DNA of 44,049 nucleotides, taken from NCBI GenBank assembly GCA_030167865.1, contig JALAGF010004118.1:62001-106049 (forward strand), given 5' to 3'. This document shows, one piece after another, positions 9,601-21,900 of the stretch. How positions within the stretch are numbered: the first letter of the stretch is position 1; each line of letters begins with the position of its first letter. The notes below the pieces were generated by a model, which did no database searches, had not been told where the DNA came from, and was given only the letters and a program-made list of their open reading frames with translations. The translations under genes were made by a program, and so were the position numbers. The stretch is from Craspedostauros australis. Its lineage: Eukaryota.

Positions 9601-12062
9601 CGACGAGAGATCGGAGCAGCCTCCAAACGTCGTTTCACCCAAAGATCTGTCTCCCGATTTCCACACGGCGTTTGCGCAGGTGTTGCGAACCGAGAATCTC
9701 CGTCGTGGCATCGCCGAGAATTTGTCGCGTGCCGCACCAGCACTCTCTGATCCCAAATGCCATGGCATCATGCTCAGCATCTTCGTTCCGCCGCAGGGCA
9801 CCGGACAAAGAGGAAGGATGCCCACGGCACCGGGCCAAGGCAACAACAACGGCAACGCGCCGAACAACTCCAACATGAACGGTTGGTTCAACGAAGTGTT
9901 GCAAAGCCAGGACAAGGAGCGCAGGGATGCAGTCGCCGACTCCGATGACGGCAGCGACGAGGAAGAGTCGGCCAAGGACCGGCAAAAGCGAGTGAGAACC
10001 ATGGCAGCGGCTGCGGCTGTGATGGCGGCCAACCAGGCCCAGACGAACGACGCCCGTGATCGGGCCAAGTCATCTGAAAACAAAGCCGAGCGCAACCTCG
10101 CCAAGCTGGAATCCATCTGCCGTCCGATCGATATTGACGTCCCCACAGACCCTGTGCGTGCCAAGTCATGGGAGGCGTGGATCAACCGAGAGCGTGGGTC
10201 CATCGTGTTCCGCATGAATCGGCGGGCGCTCAGCGAAGAATTGATCCAGCATATGCTGGCCTTGGAACTGCACACGGGTACGCGGGGCGCGGGTTCTGCA
10301 TTGCGCCAAATGCTCAGCGTCCGCGATTTGGAGTCGGACATGGACAGAATCGTCCGATGTGCCGTGGAGCTGGAGGCATCCAAGGGTTTGAGGAAGCACG
10401 AAATGCCAAACACCGCCCACGAGAATGACCTGAAGCTCCAGATCGACGAGTCATTGATTCAATTGAATCTCAATGTTGACGATGACGAATGCGGACCTGA
10501 TGGTACTCAAGGAGGTACTTCTGACAACAGTGACGGAGCCACAGAAGCCGCGTCAACATCAAGCACGGGAACAGATACATCCGAACAACGCGATGACGAC
10601 AAGCAAGATGCCAAGTCGGGGCCATCGAATTGGCAATACCTCCACCCATCCAGTTTGGAGTCCGCGCTGACGATGGTTTGCCAGATCAGTCCCTCTCCAG
10701 CAGGAGGTCTGTCGCTTTCCGGTTCCATTGCCGGGGCTCACCGCAGCCGAGACGAAATCTCGAACCTGGCGCAGGACAAGCACGAGCGCGCCTTGGTTTC
10801 GCAAGTTGTCTCGCCGCAGGACATTGGCGTCACGTACGACATGATCGGTGGACTCTCGCAGGTGAAGGAGCTGTTGCGACAGAGCATCACGTACCCGCTC
10901 AAATTCCCGCATCTCTACAGCGAAGGTATTGCGCGAGAAGCAGTGAAAGGAGTCCTGTTGTTTGGGCCACCAGGTAAGTTGGTGCTGCTGCTATTGCTGC
11001 TGCTATATTTGTGTGGGCTTGCTCTGTTGTGCTCTACTCCCTTGACCACAACGTGCTGAGGGAACATGCCATAAAACTCGCGCTTACACTTGTTGAGAAT
11101 GACCTTGTGGATTTGCTGCCGACCCGATGCCATCCTGCTCGCGCGCTGCCTTGTTGTTGATGCACACGCACAAACGGATGCACATGTGGATACGAATGCT
11201 CGACCGCATTGCATCACGCCATGACCTTGTGTGCGCATCACATTGCGTCACGATAGGTACGGGTAAAACGATGCTCGCCAAGGCCGTCGCAACAGAGGGC
11301 GGCGCAAGCTTCTTGAGCGTCGATGCCTCCTCGGTGGAGAATAAGTGGCTCGGAGAGTCTGAGAAGAATGCCAAGGCCGTCTTCACCCTCGCACGGCGAT
11401 TGGCGCCATGCGTGATCTTTATCGACGAGGTGGATTCTCTGCTCTCCAGTCGAGAGGGCAGCTCCGATGATTCGGCGCACGGCACGTTGACAAGCGTGAA
11501 GACGACGATGATGAGCGAATGGGATGGACTGAACTCCGGCACCAACGGAAACGGCGAGGCTGGATCCGATCGCGTGGTTGTGATCGGATCGACCAACAGA
11601 CCATTTGATCTGGACGAAGCCGTGTTGAGACGATTCCCACGCAGAATCCTCGTGGATCTGCCAGACATGCAGAGCCGCAAGGAGATCCTGGAGGTGACGC
11701 TGGCGGAAAATCGTCTGGATCCTGCAGTGAACCTGACGGAGATCTCGGAACGCCTGGATGGCTACACAGGATCCGACATCAAGGAGGTGTGTCGAGAGGC
11801 GGTCGTGCAGATCAGCCACGAGCAGGCCAAGCTGCTGGATCAAGGATTTCTGGATGCGGAGGAAGATATCACGGAGGGTTCGCTGCAGCGACTACGACCT
11901 GTGACGACGGCAGACTTTGAGAGTGCGCTGACCAAGCTCAAGCGCAGCGTTTCGGAGAAGGGACGCGAGCTGGCGCGGGTGTGGGAATGGAACGACGAGT
12001 ACGGTGAGATCAAGAAAGAAAAGACGAACAAGATGCCCCATCTCATGAACATGTACCTGTAG
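6674..12062 (+). CDS. Large AAA+ ATPase of the Msp1/ATAD1/spastin clade (plant-type long form), 3 exons (6674-8248, 8465-10973, 11257-12062; ~1629 aa)
   Basis: The spliced Walker A reads GPPGTGKT. Also present: pore loop NKWLGE, Walker B IFIDEVD, 'MSEWDGL', 'TNRPFDLDEAVLRRFPRR' and C-terminal 'WNDEYGE'. The exon 1/2 junction gives 'QETVAMSLAHSMGCGMLILDD', resembling the degenerate first module of plant long AAA proteins. The start may instead be ATG 6677 or 6725. Confidence 0.88.
8249..8464 (+). other. Intron 1 of AAA ATPase (phase 0)
   Basis: GTAAGT donor at 8249 and ACAG acceptor ending at 8464. Both flanking ORFs share a frame. Confidence 0.8.
10974..11256 (+). other. Intron 2 of AAA ATPase (phase 1, interrupts Walker A)
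   Basis: GTAAGT donor at 10974 and TAG acceptor ending at 11256. Splicing rebuilds GPPG-TGKT. Confidence 0.93.
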
Positions 12063-12930
12063 ATCGGAGCGCATCCCGAAAGCACGTCACCATCTATTCT
12101 GCCAAGCAGCGAGGATGCGAGAGATTGCTACTCCACCCTCGCGGTATGCGGAGCAGAGCAGCACAAAGTCGTGCATTGTATAAATATCAATCAACCTTCC
12201 AACCAAGCTTCTCGAGTCACTCATGTGGAGTCCTCCTATAATAGCAAAGATAGAATATATGGATGCCCTGTGTAATTCGACATGATGAAGCATGCTTTGA
12301 AGTGTGCCTCTGCCAGCATCTCTCTCCCTTTGCGGTAACAAGGAGAAGCGTGATCTGCCCACATCGGTCGTTCGCCAAGGTAGCTAAAGTGACGCTGGAC
12401 GAATACGGCGAATTTCATGTGCAGAGTGTCCACTGGAACAAGTACGACATTCTTCGTGATTGATGGTAGATTTTGGACACCTCATCAGCAATGGTGATTT
12501 TCAAAAGAGCCAGTTTCCTCTTTGTGATCGAAAAGCTGGAACGCTTGTTCGACGGCCCAAACCACAACGGCGAACGCTGCACAAGACACACGCACAAAAG
12601 ACCCACGATCGTGTCTTTCCACGCCTATTTTTCCGCAGAAGCGACAAAAATCGTGGAAGGCATCCGACGAGCACAAACCCAAACCAGGCCAAGTGAGAGA
12701 CAAGAGGGGGCATCTCCTTGCTGTATTGTATCGCATTGCATTGTGCATCACGACGTAACGAAAGGGACTCAGCGCTGCTCCCTTGTTGCTGGCACCGCGA
12801 CGGTTGGGCAATTGCGACTCTGCAAGGATACCAAGCAGACCAACAGAGACCTACGTGCACAATCACCGTAGTAGCGCTTGGTCGCCCACAACGCAAACAC
12901 CACAAAACCACCATTGAAGCGACCGACAAA

Positions 12931-15900
12931 ATGGCGTCTCCGGAACACTCGCAATCGTACTCGGATGACGACGAAGTCGATGATGGACAGAGCTACGATT
13001 CGGACGAGAGGAGCTTCTACACGGACGAAGAAGGCAGTCAGGCATCGCGGCGTCGGCGGCGGCAGCAGCAAGCGAAGCGGCATCCGGAGGATGACAGAAG
13101 TGATGCATCCGGCAGCTACGATAGTCGTGGTTCCGAAGGATCCTTTCAGGATGGCGATCGATCGTACTACGATGATGACGATCGATCGTACCGCAGCGAC
13201 GACGACAGATCGTACAGAAGCGGCGATGATAGATCGTATCGCAGCGAAGACGACGACAGGTCGTACCGAAGCGAGGATGACGATCGATCGTACCGAAGTG
13301 GCGACAGCCGATACGACGATGGTGGCAGTCGGGGCTCCCAGTCCTTCCGAGATAGCGAGCGGTCGTTCCATAGCGGAGACGATTCGCAGCCGTCGCCCAG
13401 ACGCGCAAGCAAGGATGACGAGGACTACGACGAAGATTACGACGACGAATTCGATGACGATAGCTTTGCCAACGATCGAGGCGACGACAGATCTCAGGGC
13501 AGTTACGACAGTCGCGAAGACGACTACGACGATGACGATGGCAGTAGACGGCGAGGTGGGCCCGCGAAGAACGATAGTGGCAAGAAGAGCGGCGGCAGCG
13601 AGAAGGAAAAGGGCGAGGGCATGAAGAAGGGAGATGATAGCGCAGGATCCTTAGACATCAACGCACCGTCATTCCATGACGACAATGAGGATTCGTTCGG
13701 AAACGAGCACTCGTACGGAGATGATCGTTCGGACAGAAGCGATCATCCCAGAGAAGACATGAAGGAATCGCAGCACTCGTCCTACCACTCTCGCAATTCG
13801 GGGCGCGACAGTTACCACAGCCGCAGCAGTCGAAGCGGAGCAAGAGACCGCGATCATGATGACGACCGCAGCGACCGGGACTGTCCAGATGATCAGTCTG
13901 ACGCCTTCGACGACGACGACGACCGATCCTATTTCGATGGTAGCGAAGACAGCGAGTCTCAGCAGTCGTTTGCGACGGATGAAGACGAGTTCCTGGCGAA
14001 TGCGCGCGACAGGAAAGCTGCAAGTCCCACGGGGAGTAGCCGGCGGCGTGATGACGAGGATGGCGCAAGTGATCGCGACCGTGATGCCAACGACAACGGC
14101 GATGGCGATGACAGATTCGATAGCCGGCATTCAGCTGGCTCCTTTGGAGAGGAATCGTACGGGGACGAGGACTCTCGATCTGGCCGAGACTTTGCCAGCC
14201 CGAAGCGAGCAGATGAAGGCTTCCATGATGGCAGCGATCGATCGGATTCACGCGGAAGCAAGTATTCGGATCGTGATGACTCTTACCGAGATGACGGGAG
14301 CTTCACGTCAAATCGAAGCCTCAGCAAGCAATCCCATGCATCTGGTCAAAAGACAGCGGAAGCTTCGCACGAGGACGGCGTGCATAGTTCCCATCGCTCA
14401 TTTGCAGACGCCAGCAGCAAGGGTCGTTACGAAGATAGCTACCACAGCGAAGAAGATAATGAGGCTTCTCGCAGCGAACGCAACGAAATGCCTCGTGATA
14501 ATGACCCGTTCATGGGATCTGGCACCTCCTTCAGTAATGCCAGCTTTGGTGGCAAGAAGAACGACTCTGTGTTCCAAAAATCACCAGAGGCCTCCAATCA
14601 ATCAAGCGCCGATTCCGACGGTTTCGGGACACCTTCTGCTACCAAGGCGGCGCAGATCGACGGCGATGATAGCAGTCGAGGGGATGACTTCGATTTCGGC
14701 GCGAAAGATGGAGGGTTTGGTGATGATGCAGCCTTCCCAACGAACGCAAGCTTTGGTGATTCAGAACACACAGAAGACGAGGACGGCAGCAAGGGTGATA
14801 ATGGCATGGGCAAAAGCGAAGGAAGCAGCAGCAACCACGATGGCGACGCCAGCGATGCTGACCACAGCGACGACGATGATGCATTCCGGTCCACGAACGA
14901 TGACTTCGCAGCGCCAGTCAAGACGCATGAAGATAGCGACGACGATTCTGCATCAGCTGCCAAACCTGACGCCGATGCTTTTCAATTCGGAAACGATTTC
15001 GATGATGGCGCGTTTGACGACGATCCCTTCGGTAGTGCCAGCGAGAATCAAGACCAGCGCAACGGTGACAACGATGGTGAGGATGAAGCCAAAAGCAAGA
15101 GCAACGGCAATGTGGCGAAAGACGACGGTCAACAGAATGGGTTTGGTGCCACCGACTTCTCTAGCGCTGGATTTGGGAGCGATGCGTTCTCGGATGCGTT
15201 CGATAATGACCCCTTCGCAAATGCCGATGAAAAGAAGAACGATACAGACGAGATGAGTGGTCGTGGCGGCAACGACGGCGATGATCCCTTCGGGAAACAG
15301 TCAGATGACGACTTCTTCTCCAAGAGCGGGTCACAGGCGTTCGGCACAGAAGGCGATTTCTTTGACGACAAGAAGCAAAATGACGATCCTTTCGCGAACG
15401 ACGATTTCGCATTCGACGATGCTTTCGCCGCAGAGCCGGCCAAGACAACTGCGCCTGATGCGAGCGACCATGACAAACCTGAGGAAGATGACCAATCTGA
15501 GCAAGACGATCAGCCCAGTCCTGAAGACGTGCCCTCGAATGCTTCTGAATCTCACTCCGCAGGTGATAACAGCTTCTCGCAGCACATGGATGAGGATTCA
15601 TTGGCAGAAATTGACAAGGACGATGCGTCGCCGCACAGGGTCCGAGAGGAAGATGATGACAAGGCTGATCACAGAGTCGACGACGAAGCCAGCCAATACT
15701 CAGATGACTACGACAAAAAGAATGACGAGAACGGCGACGACAGCAACAAGGGCCCCGAAGGCGACCACGCCCATGACTCCTCCCCAAAAGGCAAGCAGAT
15801 TGAACAACTCACGCCGCCCACAGATGTTGACGATGGAGGTGCGTCTCCTGTGGAAACGACGGAAGAAACGGACGTCATCTCGCGAGGCTCGTCAAGATCG

Positions 15901-18900
15901 TTCGATTCCTTTGACGACAGACAAGGCAGCCGCGGACCTTTGGAAGGCGACGATGCGTCATTCCAGTCCTCTCGTTATTCACAGGATGATCGATCGGGAA
16001 GGAGTCAAAGATCTCACTCGCATTCGCACTCACACTCGCAGTCCGATTACTCAAGATCTCAAGATTCCAGAGACCAATCGAAGTACGATCAGGAAGGAGA
16101 ACGAAGACATCATGATGATCACCGCAATGATCATGACGACGATGGCGGTAGCGCATATGTCGATGAGGCTTCTTACCATTCCTCTGATCGTTCCTCGTAC
16201 CAGTCCAGATCGCATTCGGGATCGCAATCGTACGTGAATTCCCCTTCGCAGCGATCTCGTGACGCATCACCACACCAGTCACCGTCACAGCAGCCTCAGT
16301 CTCGATCTCAGTCCCCAGTGTCACGCAGTTCGCGTGGTTCGAAGTCGACTTACTCTCAGCAGCAAAATAGCGCCGCGGCTCCGCCGCTTTTGCCGTCACC
16401 TCGCGATGATTCGTCGGCGGATGACGACTCCAGTTTCAAGCTCGAAATGGAACCCGAAGAGCCAGATGAAGACTTGGAGACCTCCATTCGTCTCGGCGAA
16501 GTATTCGGAAAGCCAAATGATTTCTTTGATGACCAAAGCCGCGACAGCACGGAGGCAGACGATGCTGGCGAACTTGAGGAGGTGGAACCCGAAAACCAAG
16601 ATACTGAAGTTGACGGTGGCGACGAAGAGGACGAAGACAGCCCCGAAAAAAAGAGGAAGCCCATTGATGACGATGAAGTAGAAGAAGAAGGCGAATTTGA
16701 TGACGAGACGCGGCAGTCAAGATCTTCATCTCAATATGACGAGGTGCAGCGGCCTGAGCAACGACCGCAGACTCAGGACTCTGTTGGTTCATCATATCAG
16801 TCCAAGGGCACGTATCTGTCAGCTGAAGATTCAAGGGATAATCTTCCGCAAGGAAGCCAAACGTACAGTGACGGGGGACACGACAAGAACGATGCGACAT
16901 CTTCGCGCTACGAAGACAGCTACGAGAATAGCTACGACGATGCTTCGCGGTACTCATCAAAGTACAGTACTGCAGAATACACTGAGCAAAGCAGAGAGAC
17001 GGACGTAGAAACAGCGAGCAGGAAGAGTTCAAGAAGTTATCGATCACGAGGCAGCGACAGCGTATCCCGCTCAAGCTCGAAGAAGAGTAGGAGCAAACAC
17101 AAAGGCAAAGGGAAGACCAAACGACGCAGCAAGCCTTCACCAGGTCGCGGATCTAATGAAAGACAAGATGCTTCCGTCAATGCTTCCATCAATGGATCTG
17201 TGTCAGCAGTGCCATCGGGACAGGATGATACCAGCGTTGATGATGTCGAGTTGGCATCAGTGGAAGAAGATTCTCGCGAGATGATCGAGGACGGAGACGC
17301 GCCGCTGCATGCAGATTACTCCAACGGCAGCGAGTACGAACAGTCCATTCCACAACATGCCGAAGGTGATGGCGACGAGTACGGGACTGAAGACGATGAC
17401 AGGAGTGCGAGTGCGAGTGCGAGTGCGAGCAAAAGCCGTAGCAAGAGCAAGAGCAAGAATGCCAGCCGTTCGGGGAGGAGCAGTGATTCTCGAGCAACCA
17501 GCATGTACTCGATGGAGTCTGAGCTGCGGGAAGCATCGACGATGGACTCCCAGGGTCTTCTCGCGGCGTCTGCTGAGGATGCGCACAGCTACGTTTCAGG
17601 TGGTCGCTCGACGAACGACGCAACTGCATCCATCGCGAAGTCCTCAAAGTCATCCAAATCGAAGAGACGGAAGAAAAGAAGGAAGAAACGCAGCAATAAG
17701 AGCGAAGCGTTGATCAGCCTATCGGAGAATATCCACGAGACGATGTTGGTTATGGAGGAGGAAGCAGAGAACAAGAGCGAGTACTCCGGATCGAAGAATC
17801 AGAACGAAGACAACGAGGCACATGACCTCCTGCACAGCTTCGATGCGTTGCTTGTGGTGCTCGATCAACTGTCTGATGAACTCGAGCTGATATCCACGTT
17901 CGGGAAGTCAAAGAAGAAGAAGAACACGAGCGCGCTTGTGTCCGTTCAGGCCCTCGAGGCGGTCATTAGCTTTGATCACGTCCTCGATGAGATTTACGAC
18001 CAACTGCGACGCATCATCGAGGACTGCTTTATCGACCCACCAGATGATGAGATGGCTGACATGCTGAAACGGCTGACTGCCCTCGTGGATCTTCTGAACG
18101 AAACAACCCACAGGGTGGGAGAGAAGCAGGAATGGAACACGAGAGCGGAGACCGTGTACGTGACGCTCATCGAGCTGATGGAGAGAGAGTCGCTGGAGCT
18201 GAACTGTTACTTCGATGAGCAGGAAACTCCTGACTACGAGCTTTCGGATAGCATCTACGAGGCATGGCAGCGGTCGGAGAACAGGATGGAGCTCGACCAA
18301 TTGATGCATGCTGCCGAGCTAATCGATTTCCGCCAGATTTGCTACGAAGTGCTCATCACCATGGATCAATGGTGCCCGGATACCGATATCCTGATGGACA
18401 TCTGTGCCATTGATCCATCTCTCCTCGAGGAGGATCCCATCGACTTCTTGCCGGAGGAGGAGTTACCAGTCATCCCCGAGGCAGCGGAGAATATCCTTGA
18501 TCAGATCAACGGGGATCCGCTGCCGAGGCCGAGAGTGATGGCCAGCATCCTCCGCCGGATCCTCCCACCACGAGCCGTCGTTGACAAGACCGTCCTGGAT
18601 TACTTCACAAGCATCCGAAATACTCTCGATTGCCCCCTCGACCTTCCCATGACCAATGTCGTATCGATCACCTCAGTCCCCGAATCCTTGGACCAAGCCG
18701 ATGCGCTGGGTGTCGGAGGCGTGGGCAAGTCGACTTTGGCTGCCATGGTTGCCGCACGAGAGGATGTTCGCAATTACTTCGAGGATGGTGTGCTCTGGGT
18801 CTACGTTGGGGATACGGAGCTGAACTACAAACGCTACACGCAATGTTTGACGGAGCTGATCTCACAGCTGGATTCCCAGAACTACCCGCTTGTTTTTCCG

Positions 18901-21900
18901 GAGCTCATCCACACACCTGGCGAGCCAATGACGAAACGACGTCGACGGGAGGCTGGTTTCATGATATTTGCAAGGGACACAGTCGCCAGCATCCTCAAGG
19001 ACAAGTGCGTCTTGGTCATCCTTGACAACATCTGTTTCGAACCCGACCTGAGTTGGTTCGACTTCACCGCCTTGCCCGATGACGGTGTCGAGGACTTCGA
19101 ATCAGTCTGTGCGATTGTGGCAACCACGCGATATCGCGATCTCCTCGGGGCTGCTGATACCGTTGAAATCGACATGTTCGACGAAGCCGACGCAATCAGC
19201 CTTTTCATTGAAGAATCGGGCGATCTCTCCCACAGCCTGTTGGCAGAATCGAAGAAGGCGAGACAGATCGTTCAAGAATGCGCGAATCACCCCCTGACCG
19301 TAAAGAGCGTCGGCCGTTGGTTACATGCGAAGCACATGTCGGCTGGCATCGTGAGCGGGATCGACGAAATCCACGAGATGCTCGTGAAGTCGTCGGATTC
19401 TCCTTCCGCAGGTGATCAGGCATCGACTGACATGCTGTACGAGGTCCTGAAGCTCAGTCTATCCCCAGATGTGAATGGCAACCTAACCATTGCCGTCAAG
19501 TTTTGCCTGGCATCCTTCGTCACGGTTTTCTGCGCGAAGGAGTACGTGTCGGACTACAACCTCGTGGAACCAACGCCGCTCATACCAACGCGGATGATGG
19601 AACTGCTATTCGAGACGCTGCTGGAGCTCAACGAAAGCTCGTTGCTGAAGGAAGGCAGCCTGTTCTCGAGCCAGAAAGAGTCGGCGCGAGCTATCGTTCC
19701 GACAGCACTATGCTCGTTGGGCGTTCTGCAGCTCCACAACTTCCCCTGGTCCACGGATGGAGAAGTTCAAGAAATCCACGAGTTTTACCAGATCACTCAC
19801 TTCATCTACCAGGAGTACGGAGAATACCTGTGCAACGAAGACGAAACGCTGACGTACATCACCAAGAACGCGGAACGCGAATGGAACCGAGCATTCGTCG
19901 ATGCCTACCTGGCCGAGGTCGAGGCGTGGAATGACAACATCGACGACCCTGGCCATTCGTACGCGCTCGAGATGATGGTGGCGCACATGATCCGCGGTGG
20001 CATGCACAAGGAGGCCGCCGGTCTGCTGGCGAACAAGAAATTCGTGCTGGGGCGGTTGCTCTCCTTTGGTCGCAGGGTGACGACATCGAGGCACATCAAG
20101 GACTGCGAGCTGCTGTACAAGGTCCTTGTGGAGCACCCCGGCAAGGGCCAAGCCCGACTCGAACCTCGCAAGGTGATGAAGCAAGCGTACCGAACGCTCG
20201 GTGGTTTGCTGGCCTTCAACGATGAAAACGACACTGAAGAAGAGCTCATGCAACGCAATGACGACATCGCGTGGTCTCATTATGAGATTGGATTTTCATT
20301 GGCCGAGAAACGGTGCTGGGATGCTGCCATCGCACACTGGGAAACGAGCCACGAGCTGTTCCTGTCCACGAAGGGGCCCGTGGAGCTCGTTGCCGGCATC
20401 CACTACAGCATTGGCGTCGTTTACGCCGAGATGAACGAGTACGAGAAGTCCCTCGATTCGCTCAAGAAGTGCTTGCGGATCCGTGGCACGATCCACGAGG
20501 AGAATCACAGCCTGTACGCCCTCACGATCCAGAAGATCGGCGACGTGTTCCTTGGAATGAGCGACTACTACGAGGCGATGGAAAGCTACAAATGGGCTCT
20601 GGACATCATGTACAAGGAGCCCAGCTTGCACCGTGACCACATGGGCGACATTCTCGACAACAAGGGCGTCATCCACAAGAACAAGGGCGAGAACGAGGAG
20701 GCGTTGAAGTGCCACGAGGAAGCGCTGCGGTCGAAGCAGATCGTGTTCGGCCAGGAGCATCCTGAGCTGGCAGTCACTTACGCGCACATTGGCCGCTGCC
20801 TGTCGGACAGCGGCGAGAGAGCAAGCGCCATCAACCATTACGACGAGGCCATCCATTTGCTGGAGCTTGACCCCGAAGGAGGGGCAGAACGCGACGCTGA
20901 AATCCAGGCGATCGAAGGTATGCTCTACAATCTGGAAGAAGACGAGGAGATGAGCGTGAAGTGTTACGAGAAGGCTCTGCAGATCCTCGTCATGAAGGTC
21001 CCGTACCGGAAGGAGAAGATCGCCTCTCTATTGCATGTGATCGGCTGTATCTACCTGAAGCGTGGGGAAGCGCGCAAGGCCATGAAGCTGTTCGAGGAGA
21101 GCCTGCAGGCACGGCGCAAGGTGCTGGGCTTCGTTCATCTCGACGTCGCCAACACTCTGTTCGTGATGTCGTATCTCCACCAGACGCGCAACCGCGTGGA
21201 CAAGGCGCTGAAGTGCCTGGAGGAGGCTCTCAAGATCCGGCAGCTGCGACTGCCGCGCAGCGAGAAGGTGGCCGTCACGTACGCCAAGATCGGGACGTTC
21301 GCCAAGGAGATTGGCAAGACCCGAAAGGCGGAACGAGCCTTCAAGGAGGCGTTGAAGATCCGCACCGAGCTGCACGGCGAGAAGCACGAGGATGTGGCAG
21401 AGATCAACCAGGAGCTCGGAGATCTGATGAACGAGCTCGGCGAGTACGAATCGGCGATGGAGAACTACATGAAGGTGTTCCAGCTGCGCACGGAGCAGCT
21501 CGGGTCGGATCACATCCTGGTTGCGGAGACCTTGCACAGCATGGGCTTCACATTGCACCATCAGGGCAAGACGGATCGTGCCATCGGGTGCTTCAAGGAG
21601 AGTCTGGTGATTCGCGCGTACTACCACGGCGAGGATTCATCCGAGGTGGCAGAGACGCTGAACATGCTGGGCTTCCTCACGGCCAAGAAGGGAGATCTGA
21701 ACGACGCCATGACCTTCCTGTGGGACGCGCTGCGCATCCGCAAGCGCCACAACGACGAGATCCGTGTGTCGGAGACTTTGAAGAACATTGGCAACACCCA
21801 CCGCGAGAAGAAGGAGTTCGACCTGGCGTTGGAATGCTACGAGAAATGCCTCCAAATCCGCCGCACGGAGCTCGGTGATGATCACGAAAAGGTCGCCGAC

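Noticed and set aside
6218-12062. Three separate genes (687, 890 and 311 aa ORFs)
   Set aside because: Canonical GT-AG introns join them in frame and rebuild the Walker A motif, so this is one gene.
12718-12930. Extra 71 aa at the start of the 3269-aa ORF
   Set aside because: TTG start and UTR-like CA-rich composition. The first ATG is at 12931, in an AAA-ATG-G context.
13856-16237. Long alternative-frame ORFs (466 aa, 326 aa) within the NLR-like gene
   Set aside because: They are M/T-rich shadows of GAT/GAC-rich acidic codons. The same applies to antisense ORFs over OXA1, the AAA ATPase, the TPRs, the PDZ gene and 27206-28081.
12931-17700. Silaffin/silacidin-like biosilica protein
   Set aside because: Although S/D/R/K-rich, it lacks a signal peptide and is fused to a cytosolic NB-ARC-TPR.
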